Shown here in pieces: positions 47,327 to 56,251 of a stretch of DNA of 64,000 bases. Made by a program: the position numbers and the translations under genes. The DNA lies in the IMG/VR virus record IMGVR_UViG_3300003629_000001, one strand, 5' to 3'. Positions within the stretch are counted from its first letter, which is position 1. Each line of letters starts with the position of its first letter. This DNA comes from a virus. Under the pieces are notes generated by a model. That model was not told where the DNA came from and did not search any database. It saw nothing but the letters and a program-made list of their open reading frames with translations.

Positions 47327-48667
47327 ATGAGCCAAGCATACGAACTCACGAAGGCACAGTTGACGAAGCAACAGAAACTCATGAAGTCGAAGCCCGCCCG
47401 GAAGTTCCTCAAGAAGCGGCAACTTGAGCGCTCGTCCGTGGGCAACGGCTACTACAAGACTCAAGCCCGTTCCCCGAACGGGTCGGAGCCGGGTGAAATC
47501 CAGAAGGCGGACGGATACATCCGAACGGTCAACGACATGATTGACTACTGGTACGGGTTCGTCCCCGAGTACCAGTCCGCGCAAAAGAGCGACCGACTGG
47601 GGAAGCAGGACGACCCCATGCTCACGACCGACAGCGGTGTGCGGAACGCCGTCTACGGGTCGGAAGTGTTCTCGCTCGTTAACTCCGAGCCGAACATCTT
47701 CGCGCTTCTCGAAAACCGTGCGTGGACGAAGAGTGGCGAGCGTATCGTCACCGACCACGGCCACGCCGACGGTTCCGGTGGCACGGCGGAGAACGCGACT
47801 CTCCCCGAAACCGACCACCCGGAACTCGACCAGTTCGAGACGGACGCCAAGACCGTCGCTCACAACTTCGACGTGAGTCAAGCCAAGCAACTGCTGGCTG
47901 ACACGGACGACGACGACCTTGACGACCCCTTCGACTGGCTTCGCCGCTGGTACGGTACTGGTACGGAACACCAGACCGGTATGGGTGAACACCCGAAGCA
48001 CATCAACGAGCAACTCGGTTCGCCCGTTGACTCCCCGGCTGGCGACGACATGGAGTCTATCGACCGCGCAATCTCGAACTCGGCGGAGTCCAGTATCCTC
48101 TCGGACGCTGGCGACAACGACATTTACGGGTTCGACCGCTCGTCCGGTGAGTTCGAGTCGAACGTCCTCGAAAACGGTGGGACGACCCGCACGTTCGTTC
48201 TGGACGACCTTGACGACATGATTCGTGAGGTCAAGGAGAACAGTGGTAAGCGGCCTGTCAGCGACGACAACTACTTCTTCCTGACCAACCACGACACCTA
48301 CCAGCGTATCGAAGACGAGGTGGGTGGCAAGGAACGTCTCGAACCCCAGCGCGTCAGCGTCGGTCTGAACGGCGTCGAAACCGTTCCCGGTGACGACGTT
48401 GGTATCACCGTCCAGTCCTACAAGCAGATTCCGATTTTCGAGTCGGAAGACGTGGCGAAGGACGGTATCGGTCGGGTCTACCTCATTGACTCGTCCACCA
48501 TGTATATCAAGACCCTGCTTCCGACCCAGTTCTACAGCACTGGTACGGAAGTTGACGGGAACCCGTTCGGAATTGACCGTCTCGGAAACGAGGGTATGTT
48601 CGTCACCATTGGCGAACTCGCTATGGTCAACCCGTCCGCGCACTGCAAACTCCGCGACTTGGAATAA
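47327..48667 (+). CDS. Major capsid protein (HK97 fold) with basic N-terminal pro-region
   Basis: Position after the protease and strongly biased codon usage. ATG 47327 follows the protease stop. Lys-rich N-terminal ~80 aa. Confidence 0.88.
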   Translation: MSQAYELTKAQLTKQQKLMKSKPARKFLKKRQLERSSVGNGYYKTQARSPNGSEPGEIQKADGYIRTVNDMIDYWYGFVPEYQSAQKSDRLGKQDDPMLTTDSGVRNAVYGSEVFSLVNSEPNIFALLENRAWTKSGERIVTDHGHADGSGGTAENATLPETDHPELDQFETDAKTVAHNFDVSQAKQLLADTDDDDLDDPFDWLRRWYGTGTEHQTGMGEHPKHINEQLGSPVDSPAGDDMESIDRAISNSAESSILSDAGDNDIYGFDRSSGEFESNVLENGGTTRTFVLDDLDDMIREVKENSGKRPVSDDNYFFLTNHDTYQRIEDEVGGKERLEPQRVSVGLNGVETVPGDDVGITVQSYKQIPIFESEDVAKDGIGRVYLIDSSTMYIKTLLPTQFYSTGTEVDGNPFGIDRLGNEGMFVTIGELAMVNPSAHCKLRDLE

Positions 48668-48679
48668 TAGCCTTATTCC

Positions 48680-48705
48680 GAGTTAGGGGTCTGATACCCC
48701 AACTC
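48680..48705 (+). terminator. Inverted repeat after capsid gene
   Basis: GAGTT(A)GGGGT-CTGAT-ACCCCAACTC hairpin. Confidence 0.45.
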
Positions 48706-48710
48706 TCAAA

Positions 48711-49091
48711 ATGAAAGTAGCAACCGCCCAATACACAGGCCGAAGCCGCTCCCATAACCGAACGGGGCCGAGTGGTAACGAATACCGCTTCACCCGCACG
48801 GTTGATGGGGAACCGAGAGCCACCGCTATTTACGCTGTTGAAGACGCCGAGCGATTCGCTTCGCTGGGTGTGTTCGAGGTGGAATGGACGGCTCAAGGCA
48901 AACTCGCTCGCATGGCGGGCGACTCCGTTCAGGAAGCGGGTTCGCTTCTGAAAGACCTGTCGTACCGCGAGAAACAGCGGCTCACCAGCGCTCTCAATCT
49001 GGAAGTGAAAGGGAACGCCCCCGAGGAAGAACTGACCGAAGCGCTGGCCCCTGCTGTGGAAGAAATGACGGATTCAATTGAGCAACCCTGA
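48711..49091 (+). CDS. Hypothetical head-associated protein
   Basis: Follows the MCP. C-terminal helix-extension-helix-like segment (LSYREKQRLTSALNL..GN..EEL). Confidence 0.6.
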   Translation: MKVATAQYTGRSRSHNRTGPSGNEYRFTRTVDGEPRATAIYAVEDAERFASLGVFEVEWTAQGKLARMAGDSVQEAGSLLKDLSYREKQRLTSALNLEVKGNAPEEELTEALAPAVEEMTDSIEQP

Positions 49092-49100
49092 CACACAACA

Positions 49101-49454
49101 ATGACCCGAGACATTAGCGTCACCTCTACCGAGTTCCTTGGTGCGGTCAAGACTCGCTTTGTGGACGTGGACATTACCAACTACGACGACGACGCGGGCG
49201 GCGACGGCGAGTCGTTCACCCCGTCTGACGTTGGTATGAACCGCTTCCAGAAAGTGAACGCCGAGGTAATCTACGGAAGCGGTGACGCAACGACTGTCGT
49301 GAATTGCGTAGCACAGTATGACGAAAGCACCGGAGCGATTCGGCTTCTGGTTCAGTCCGACAACAGTGGTTCGGACGCTAACACCGAACTGGTCGAACTC
49401 GCTGGAAACAACAACGAAGGCGCTCTCGTTCGCCTTGCGTGCATGGGTAGGTAA
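49101..49454 (+). CDS. Putative minor capsid / decoration protein
   Basis: Small beta-rich protein in the head module. Confidence 0.5.
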   Translation: MTRDISVTSTEFLGAVKTRFVDVDITNYDDDAGGDGESFTPSDVGMNRFQKVNAEVIYGSGDATTVVNCVAQYDESTGAIRLLVQSDNSGSDANTELVELAGNNNEGALVRLACMGR

Positions 49455-49460
49455 CTATCC

Positions 49461-49889
49461 ATGAGTCGTCCCGGTAGCAAAAAGAGCAACGACGGGGCGA
49501 CCGCCACGGGGGCTGGTGAAGCACACTTCACCCGCGCCCACACAGCCGTAGGTGTATTCGTCGTAGCACAGAACCTTGACCCCAGTAACGACACGCTCGA
49601 AGTGTCGCTTGAGGGTGGGTTCAATTACGGCAATGACACGTACTTCACACCACTCTTCCGAAAAGACAATTCCGTTGTTCAGGTGACTGACAGCGAAATG
49701 TCCGACAAGGACGGTGACGGTACGTACACTGGATTCGTATGGGAATCGAACGTTCCCGTCGAACAGGTTCGAGCGCGAATCGACACGTTCACCGACAGCG
49801 CCAGTAGTGACTTGTCAGTCGATACCTACGTGCTAATGAGCAACAACGCGAGTGGTGGCGGACACTCCTTCGAGGAAGACTCGAATTAG
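49461..49889 (+). CDS. Hypothetical virion protein
   Basis: Beta-rich ORF in the structural operon. Confidence 0.55.
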   Translation: MSRPGSKKSNDGATATGAGEAHFTRAHTAVGVFVVAQNLDPSNDTLEVSLEGGFNYGNDTYFTPLFRKDNSVVQVTDSEMSDKDGDGTYTGFVWESNVPVEQVRARIDTFTDSASSDLSVDTYVLMSNNASGGGHSFEEDSN

Positions 49890-49893
49890 CCCT

Positions 49894-50274
49894 ATGGTGG
49901 GCATTTCGGACGTTATCTCATTCGTTTTCTCAAATCCCGAGTTCGGATGGATAATCGTCCTCGCCTACGTGGCTTACGAACTCCGTGGCGAACGGGGCCG
50001 TATCTACAAACTGGACAAGAAGATTACCAGTTCAATCGTTGTGATACGGGCGTTGTCACGTCAAGGCGCGGAAGGCGTAGACGAAGAAATCGTAGACGAG
50101 TATCTTGTCGAAAACGGAATGGAACCCGAGGATTTCATGAAAGGAGAGGAAGACGGAGATTCGCGGGCGGATTCGTCCAACGGTTCCTACCCAGCACGGA
50201 GTGACGGCGAAGGCCCATTCGACCTTGACGACGTGATAGGCGAAGAGGGCGACCGAGGAAAGGAAGGAACGTAG
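49894..50274 (+). CDS. Small membrane protein
   Basis: Hydrophobic N-terminus (VISFVFSNPEFGWIIVLAYVAY) with acidic tail. ATG 49894 avoids overlap with the upstream gene. Confidence 0.55.
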   Translation: MVGISDVISFVFSNPEFGWIIVLAYVAYELRGERGRIYKLDKKITSSIVVIRALSRQGAEGVDEEIVDEYLVENGMEPEDFMKGEEDGDSRADSSNGSYPARSDGEGPFDLDDVIGEEGDRGKEGT

Positions 50275-50321
50275 CCAACCGAGATTTTAGGCGGCGTGGC
50301 TGACAATAGGGATAATAACGC

Positions 50322-50999
50322 ATGGCAATCATACCAAACAACGAAGACGGCTATTGTGAGCCGAAGGACGTAGCACGCTATTTCAGGACTCTTGAGGATA
50401 GCGACGGCTTCGCTTTCGACTCGAACCCCAGCGAAGAGGAAGTGAAGGACTTTATTATTGAAAATTCCGCTCGAATCGACAAAGAGACGGGTCACGCATG
50501 GCGTGAGCGGAAGGTCGAAGAGGAATACCACGACCTTGAGGGCCTGTACTACTACTGGGCCGGGACGCCGATTCACCTACAGAAGCGAGAGGTTCGCACG
50601 CCGATGGACGCTTCCAAAGGCGACAAGGTAGAAGTGTTCGACGGCAACGAATGGGAAGAATGGGTCGGTAGCAGTACCTATACTGAAGGCCGTGGTGACA
50701 ACGGCGACTACTGGGTTCAGGAAACCGAGGGAACGCTTCACATCTATCGGCGGGCGCTCTGGTTCGAGAAGTACCGAGGGCTTCGGATTTCGTACCGGTA
50801 CGGGGCCGAGAAAATTCCGAAGGACGTGCAAATGGCCTGTGCGAAACTCACCGCCGCTGACCTGATTCGTACAGACCTGTTTGGCGACCTTCTCCCGGCT
50901 GGTAGTCAGAACTCCGTCAATCCCACTGAAGCCGCCCAGCAACTCGAAGAGGCCGCATGGAAAGGTCTTGACCGGCGGGCCGAGGTGCGTACCTTCTAA
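50322..50999 (+). CDS. Head-tail adaptor (gp6/gp15-like)
   Basis: YCEPKDV..IDKETG..ISYRYG..IPKDVQMACAKLTA pattern. Confidence 0.75.
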   Translation: MAIIPNNEDGYCEPKDVARYFRTLEDSDGFAFDSNPSEEEVKDFIIENSARIDKETGHAWRERKVEEEYHDLEGLYYYWAGTPIHLQKREVRTPMDASKGDKVEVFDGNEWEEWVGSSTYTEGRGDNGDYWVQETEGTLHIYRRALWFEKYRGLRISYRYGAEKIPKDVQMACAKLTAADLIRTDLFGDLLPAGSQNSVNPTEAAQQLEEAAWKGLDRRAEVRTF

Positions 51000-51529
51000 T
51001 GCCAGTCAATTTCGAGAAGGAAGCCGAACTGGAAGATATTTTCGGCGGCCTGATAGGCTGGGAAGGTACGATTCAGTACGAAGCACCCTACGCGCTGTAC
51101 GTCGAATACGATACGGCCTACGGTGGGACAAAGCCACCGTTTGAACCGATTCACAAATGGGTACAACGAAACTGGTCAGATATTCACCCGGCGATTATCG
51201 ACATGACCAGCAACGAAAACAAGCCGCTCTCGCGGTCTGACCACGAAGAGCGGGTTGCGTGGTTCATCGTAGAGCAAATCGCTGAAAGTGGCATTGACGG
51301 CGTTCACTTCGCCCAGCGCTCACTTGACCACGGGAAAGACCAAGCCAACAAGATAGTCGGAAAATACGCTGACAGCGACGACACGGACGCTCACCGGAAG
51401 ATAGCCGAAGAGTTGACAGAAATGATGTTCGACTACTCACAGGACATTATTGACGAGGAAGCGAAAGACACCGAGACGCTGAAAGATAGTGGGTCGTGGG
51501 AGATTCGGAAAGGCGAGGGTGAATCATGA
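50999..51529 (+). CDS. Neck / tail-completion protein (HK97 gp10-like)
   Basis: APYALYVEY..PPFEPIHKWV motif and position. Confidence 0.65.
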   Translation: MPVNFEKEAELEDIFGGLIGWEGTIQYEAPYALYVEYDTAYGGTKPPFEPIHKWVQRNWSDIHPAIIDMTSNENKPLSRSDHEERVAWFIVEQIAESGIDGVHFAQRSLDHGKDQANKIVGKYADSDDTDAHRKIAEELTEMMFDYSQDIIDEEAKDTETLKDSGSWEIRKGEGES

Positions 51530-51984
51530 GTACCCCTACCCGCGACGTTGCGAAACTGACGCGTGACCTGATTGATGAACAGTGGGGAGAAGGCGATACT
51601 GACCCGCGCAAGCCGGAGTATATCGAACTGGTCACGGAAGACGAGCAAGGGAACGCTCGCAAGCGAGTTCGTCGGACGAACGAGTACATCCACGTCGCTG
51701 AAGAGCAAGAGCGTGGCAACGAGTACACGGACTTTCAACGCAATACCCGTAATCTCACCGGGTACTGCTACGTAGAGTTCTCTACGAACGAGTCCCGTTC
51801 CCGCCGAGAAGAAATCTACGACGAGATTGACCGAATCGCTGTGGCACACCGGAAGCGTCCTGACACCCCCGGCGGGTGGGACGACCTGAAGTTCAGTGCC
51901 AAAATCGTAGACGACGAGAACTTCGGTTGGTGGGTCGGAGAACTGAATTTCGAGTACACCAAGCGCAAGGACTTAATTGACTGA
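51526..51984 (+). CDS. Putative tail terminator
   Basis: Size and position immediately before the tail tube gene. Confidence 0.55.
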   Translation: MSTPTRDVAKLTRDLIDEQWGEGDTDPRKPEYIELVTEDEQGNARKRVRRTNEYIHVAEEQERGNEYTDFQRNTRNLTGYCYVEFSTNESRSRREEIYDEIDRIAVAHRKRPDTPGGWDDLKFSAKIVDDENFGWWVGELNFEYTKRKDLID

Positions 51985-52030
51985 ATAATCTACTTAACAG
52001 TAGAACGGCTAATACCCCTAATATCAAACT

Positions 52031-53044
52031 ATGCCCGGAAACGCACCATACAAACCGGAGCAAGCCACTCTTTCCGTCGCCACGGAGTCTTCACAGGCTT
52101 CGACGGTGACGACAGGGAGTGAGTTTGACTCCTTCGGACTCGTACAGGAAGCAACGTCGCTCCCTGACCCCTCTATCCAGTGGATTGAAGAGCGGGTCAT
52201 TGGTGGCGACCGAAAGATTTTCCAGAAGATTGACGGCCAGCGGGCCTACGAAGGTGGGTCGATTCCCGTTGTCCCTTACGACGGCGCTCCGCTCGCCTAC
52301 CTCTTCGGAACCGAATCGGTGAACACTGATACGGATATTGATGGGAGTTCGGAAACGGGTACTGATACCCACGTCCTGACTATCAATACCGCCGACCTTC
52401 CACCGACTCAAACTATCGAAGCCGCCTACAAGGGCTTCGACACCGGTCAAGACAATTTCGTTCGGACGTTCAGCGGGTGTGCTGTCAACTCCGGCGAAAT
52501 CAGCATGAACAACGAGAGCGAACTTCAGGTTTCGCTTGACTATATCGCTATGGACGTGGACACCGGTACGTCAATTACGTCCACCACGACGACGCCCTCT
52601 GACCGCGACCCGTGGATTTTCGCGGACACGAAAGCTGACCTGACGATGTTCGGTACGCCGTTCGCACGCGTCGAACAGTTCTCGTTCTCGCTCACCAACA
52701 ATCTCGAACAGGGTCGGTACATCCAGTCTGACGACCCGGAGAACCCGTTCGAGTTGACCTACGCGAGCGCTGAAATCGAAATGTCGGCCACGATTACGAT
52801 AGACGACGATACGCTCTATCAAGAACTTATTGGCCCGACTGAAGGTGGCTTCACAGGCGAGATTGAGTTCGAGAAGCCGAGCGGTGAATCACTCCGCATT
52901 ACGGCTTCCGACTGTAACTTCGCTGAAGCGCCCCACGAAATTCCGAGTGACGACAGCACGATTCAGGTTGACGTGACAATCATTCCTGAAGACCTTGAGA
53001 TTCGCGTTGAAGACGACCAGTCGGCTGGCGAAACGTATCTCTAA
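52031..53044 (+). CDS. Major tail tube protein
   Basis: RTFSGCAVNS..FSFSLTNNL pattern, upstream of chaperone and tape measure. No sheath gene nearby. Confidence 0.8.
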   Translation: MPGNAPYKPEQATLSVATESSQASTVTTGSEFDSFGLVQEATSLPDPSIQWIEERVIGGDRKIFQKIDGQRAYEGGSIPVVPYDGAPLAYLFGTESVNTDTDIDGSSETGTDTHVLTINTADLPPTQTIEAAYKGFDTGQDNFVRTFSGCAVNSGEISMNNESELQVSLDYIAMDVDTGTSITSTTTTPSDRDPWIFADTKADLTMFGTPFARVEQFSFSLTNNLEQGRYIQSDDPENPFELTYASAEIEMSATITIDDDTLYQELIGPTEGGFTGEIEFEKPSGESLRITASDCNFAEAPHEIPSDDSTIQVDVTIIPEDLEIRVEDDQSAGETYL

Positions 53045-53086
53045 AACACCAATAGCCCTATCAGGCTTCACAATAACCATAATAAC

Positions 53087-53509
53087 ATGACGGAAACTGA
53101 CCCCGACGACATTCCAGAGCGGTTCCTTGACGGAGATAACGACGTTCAAATGGGTAGCCGTGAATCGGCGCTCATTGACGAATCCAATACAACCCGTGAG
53201 TGGTTCAAGGTTCCCGGTGCGGACGGCGAACCTGACGAAGTGTATTGGGTCGAAATCAAGGAGATTTCGTGGGAGAAGAAGACCGACGTGCTGGACGACT
53301 CTCTGAAGACCGACAGTCGCACCGGCGACATTGAACTTGACCTGAAGGGGTACTACCGGAACATGATGGAAACCGTCATTGACGAAATTTCCGTCGAAGG
53401 GTCGCTTCCGGTCTTCCTCAAGGGAATGTCCCCGGAAGTGGGCGACCAACTTCAGGAAATCGTTCCTGACCCCGGTACGGTCATGGACGAGGTTGACGAG
53501 GGAAATTAA
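53087..53509 (+). CDS. Tail assembly chaperone (gpG-like)
   Basis: Between tail tube and tape measure, ending in slippery G GGA AAT TAA. Confidence 0.8.
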   Translation: MTETDPDDIPERFLDGDNDVQMGSRESALIDESNTTREWFKVPGADGEPDEVYWVEIKEISWEKKTDVLDDSLKTDSRTGDIELDLKGYYRNMMETVIDEISVEGSLPVFLKGMSPEVGDQLQEIVPDPGTVMDEVDEGN

Positions 53510-53898
53510 GGAAAGCAGTCAGGGGCGGACGGGAAACTGACGACCCGTCGTTGCTCCTATACCGCCGAGAGGTAATCGAAACCATGCTCGTAAAGGAAGC
53601 CGGATTCACGCTACGTGACATTAGGGGTACTACGAGTCGCAACACCGAGCGGCGACCGCGTACCGATTTCCTCGCTTCCGTCCGACGCTGGTGTCCGTAC
53701 CTCGAAGACCCGGAACCCATCGTTGTGGAAACCGTCGAAAAGGAACCCGGAATGAGCGAACAAGAGGTGCTTCGGTTCCTGACGTACCACGACGAAATGG
53801 AAGAAATCAAACAAGAAGAACAGGAAGACGCACAGCGAGAAGCCCGCCGGAAAAGTGGTAATCTCGGGGAGAACTCCCCGTCCCGAGGTAACTTCTAA
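53500..53898 (+). CDS. -1 frameshift extension of tail chaperone (gpGT-like)
   Basis: The -1 frame from GGGAAAT (53500-53506) is open and continuous with ORF 53551..53898. Confidence 0.75.
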   Translation, partial: GKLRKAVRGGRETDDPSLLLYRREVIETMLVKEAGFTLRDIRGTTSRNTERRPRTDFLASVRRWCPYLEDPEPIVVETVEKEPGMSEQEVLRFLTYHDEMEEIKQEEQEDAQREARRKSGNLGENSPSRGNF

Positions 53899-55733
53899 TG
53901 GTCAGTATCGGCACTCTCGAATGGAAGGTCAAAGTAGACAACGCTGGGAAGGCTAAAGAGCAAGCCCAGCAGGTCGAAGAGAAGGTCAACGACGCCAAAG
54001 ACGCCGCCGAGGGTGCTGACGAGAAGACACGCCAGTACAGCGAAGGCATGAGTCGCATGGCCGACGCGAAGCAACGCGCTGGCCGTGTCACTGACAAACT
54101 GAACGCGAAGATGGGATTCTTCGGGTCGGCCTTGTCGGGAGTCATTTCGACGCTCGCTGGCCTCATTGGCGGACTGACGGCGCTGAAGGCTCTGATTCTT
54201 GGGGCGGGTATAGCCGCCGCTGTCGTGGCTATGGCTATCGCCTTCAAGGAGAACTTCGGCGGTATGCGCGAACACGTCATGGGGTTTGTCAATTGGATTC
54301 AGGGAGCGCTGGAAACCCTGAAATCGACAGCCCTCGCCATATGGAATAATTTCGTAAGCGGATTTAAGGAAGGGGGCGGGTCTATCGCGGATTTAGAGAC
54401 TATCTTCGCCGGAGTCCTTGACGGTATCACACAGGGGCTTCAGGCGTTTTGGTCTATGTTCGGCCCCATTATCTCTTCCGTAGGCGGAGTTCTGGTCGAA
54501 CTCGCCGGAGTTGTGGGGAAGGTAGTAGGGGGTATCGTCAACTGGCTTGCTGAAATGGAACGCGAGTCGCAAATGATTACGAAGATTGTCGGTTGGGTGA
54601 CAGCCCTAATCGCTACCTTCGCCGCCGCATGGGCTATAGTTCAGGTACTCGCGGCTATTGCGTCCGGGGCTATTGCACTTGTGAGTGCCGCCGGTACGCT
54701 CTTGAGCGGACTCGCTACCCTAATCTCCGTATTTGGAACTGTCATTTCTGTAATCGGGACAGTTGTGAGTGCGGTCGGGACGATTATTGCCGCTCTGAAC
54801 CCAGTTTCACTCGCAATCCTCGCTATCGTTGCGGTGATAGTGGCGTTCTACGTCGCGTTCAAGACGAATTTCCTCGGAATCCGTGACATTACGATGAACG
54901 TCATTGACGCGATTAAGGGCGCGTTCAATGGGTTCATGAGTTGGTTGGGGAGTGTCGGAAACACTCTCTACAACTTGTTCGTTCAGCCCTTCGTTGACAT
55001 TTACAACAAAATCGTCGGTAACTCATTGATTCCCGACCTTGTGAACGGAATCAAGAGCGTCATTACCGGTGCTGTCGGTATGATTAAGGGAGCGATTCAA
55101 GCGGTTATCGACGTAATTCTCGCTCCGTTCAAAGCCCTGTTGAACGGTGGTCAGGCGATTGCTGGTATCGTCGGGGGAGCGATGGACGCCGCGAAAAACG
55201 CTATCAGTGGGGCCGTGGGGGCTGTCTCAAGTGCGGTTGGAAGTGTGACCGGGGCAATCACCAGTGGATTCCAAGGCGCTCTGGATACTGTGAGCGGAGT
55301 TGCGTCCAGTATTGGGGACGCGGCCTCTGACGCTGTAGGAGCGGCACAGGACGCCGCTGGGGCCGCCGCTGACGCCGCTGGGGGCGCTGTGGACACCGCC
55401 AGCAACGCCGCTTCGGGAGCGGTTGACACTGTTAGTAGCGGTTTGTCTTCGGCTGGTGATATGGTCGGACTTGACTCCGGTGGTATCGTTAAGAAAGAAG
55501 GAGTGGCGAAAATCCACAAAGGAGAGGCTGTTGTTCCGGCTGACGTGACGAAAGAGGTTATGCGAGAAGGCACAGGTCAAGGCGGCGGTCAGGAAATTGT
55601 CGTCAACGTGGGCGGTATCGAAGTTGGCGACCAGTCCCTTGACCTGTCAAAACTGACCCGGCGGGAAATGAAGGAACTGGCCGATATGCTGGCCGAGCGG
55701 CTGGGTGACGAGGTGAGGAACACAACAATATGA
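53898..55733 (+). CDS. Tape measure protein
   Basis: Ala/Gly-rich amphipathic repeats, hydrophobic segments, C-terminal GGIV..IHKGEAVVP. Confidence 0.9.
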   Translation: MVSIGTLEWKVKVDNAGKAKEQAQQVEEKVNDAKDAAEGADEKTRQYSEGMSRMADAKQRAGRVTDKLNAKMGFFGSALSGVISTLAGLIGGLTALKALILGAGIAAAVVAMAIAFKENFGGMREHVMGFVNWIQGALETLKSTALAIWNNFVSGFKEGGGSIADLETIFAGVLDGITQGLQAFWSMFGPIISSVGGVLVELAGVVGKVVGGIVNWLAEMERESQMITKIVGWVTALIATFAAAWAIVQVLAAIASGAIALVSAAGTLLSGLATLISVFGTVISVIGTVVSAVGTIIAALNPVSLAILAIVAVIVAFYVAFKTNFLGIRDITMNVIDAIKGAFNGFMSWLGSVGNTLYNLFVQPFVDIYNKIVGNSLIPDLVNGIKSVITGAVGMIKGAIQAVIDVILAPFKALLNGGQAIAGIVGGAMDAAKNAISGAVGAVSSAVGSVTGAITSGFQGALDTVSGVASSIGDAASDAVGAAQDAAGAAADAAGGAVDTASNAASGAVDTVSSGLSSAGDMVGLDSGGIVKKEGVAKIHKGEAVVPADVTKEVMREGTGQGGGQEIVVNVGGIEVGDQSLDLSKLTRREMKELADMLAERLGDEVRNTTI

Positions 55734-56245
55734 GTGACATTTCAGACGCGACAGAGGTAATTATCGCAAAGGCGGGCGAATCGGAACCATTTGACACCAG
55801 TCAAACGGCGTTCTTCTTGAAGTGTGAGAACGTCGAAGTGAGCGTCGGAAACAATCTCATAGCCCGTGCAATCCTCTCCGCCGCTGGGGATATTGCCGGT
55901 GCTGACCCGGTACTGAACAGCGTTACCTATCAGTTGACCGGTGTCTACCTTCAGGCAATCGAAGACGAAGACTACCCTGACCAACCCATCAACGACGCTC
56001 CGAGCGGATACTACGCTGACGTAGCCGCTGACGACCACAATCAGCGAATGATGATTGCCCTCAAAGAAGCCACAAAGCAGTGGGGGCCGGACGCGAACGG
56101 CGATATTGACACCCTCGAATGGGACGGTCAGTACATCCCGGTCGTAATAACCTCATTCAGTGCGTCGGAGAGCGCGTCCAGTCCGAAGCCGGGTATCTAC
56201 CAAGCGGACATTGAAATGACGCATATCAGCGCCTACGTGGGGTGA
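55730..56245 (+). CDS. Putative distal tail protein
   Basis: Directly after the TMP; size and VVITSFS..Y.ADIEM ending. Confidence 0.6.
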   Translation: MSDISDATEVIIAKAGESEPFDTSQTAFFLKCENVEVSVGNNLIARAILSAAGDIAGADPVLNSVTYQLTGVYLQAIEDEDYPDQPINDAPSGYYADVAADDHNQRMMIALKEATKQWGPDANGDIDTLEWDGQYIPVVITSFSASESASSPKPGIYQADIEMTHISAYVG

Positions 56246-56251
56246 TTAGAC

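Noticed and set aside
47183-48643. 486-aa minus-strand ORF, and similar long antisense ORFs (8622..9611, 46339..47445, 62207..63151, 38677..39600)
   Set aside because: Shadows of acidic GAC/GAA-rich genes, which lack stops on the reverse strand. They are V/L/R/F-rich with no recognisable motifs.
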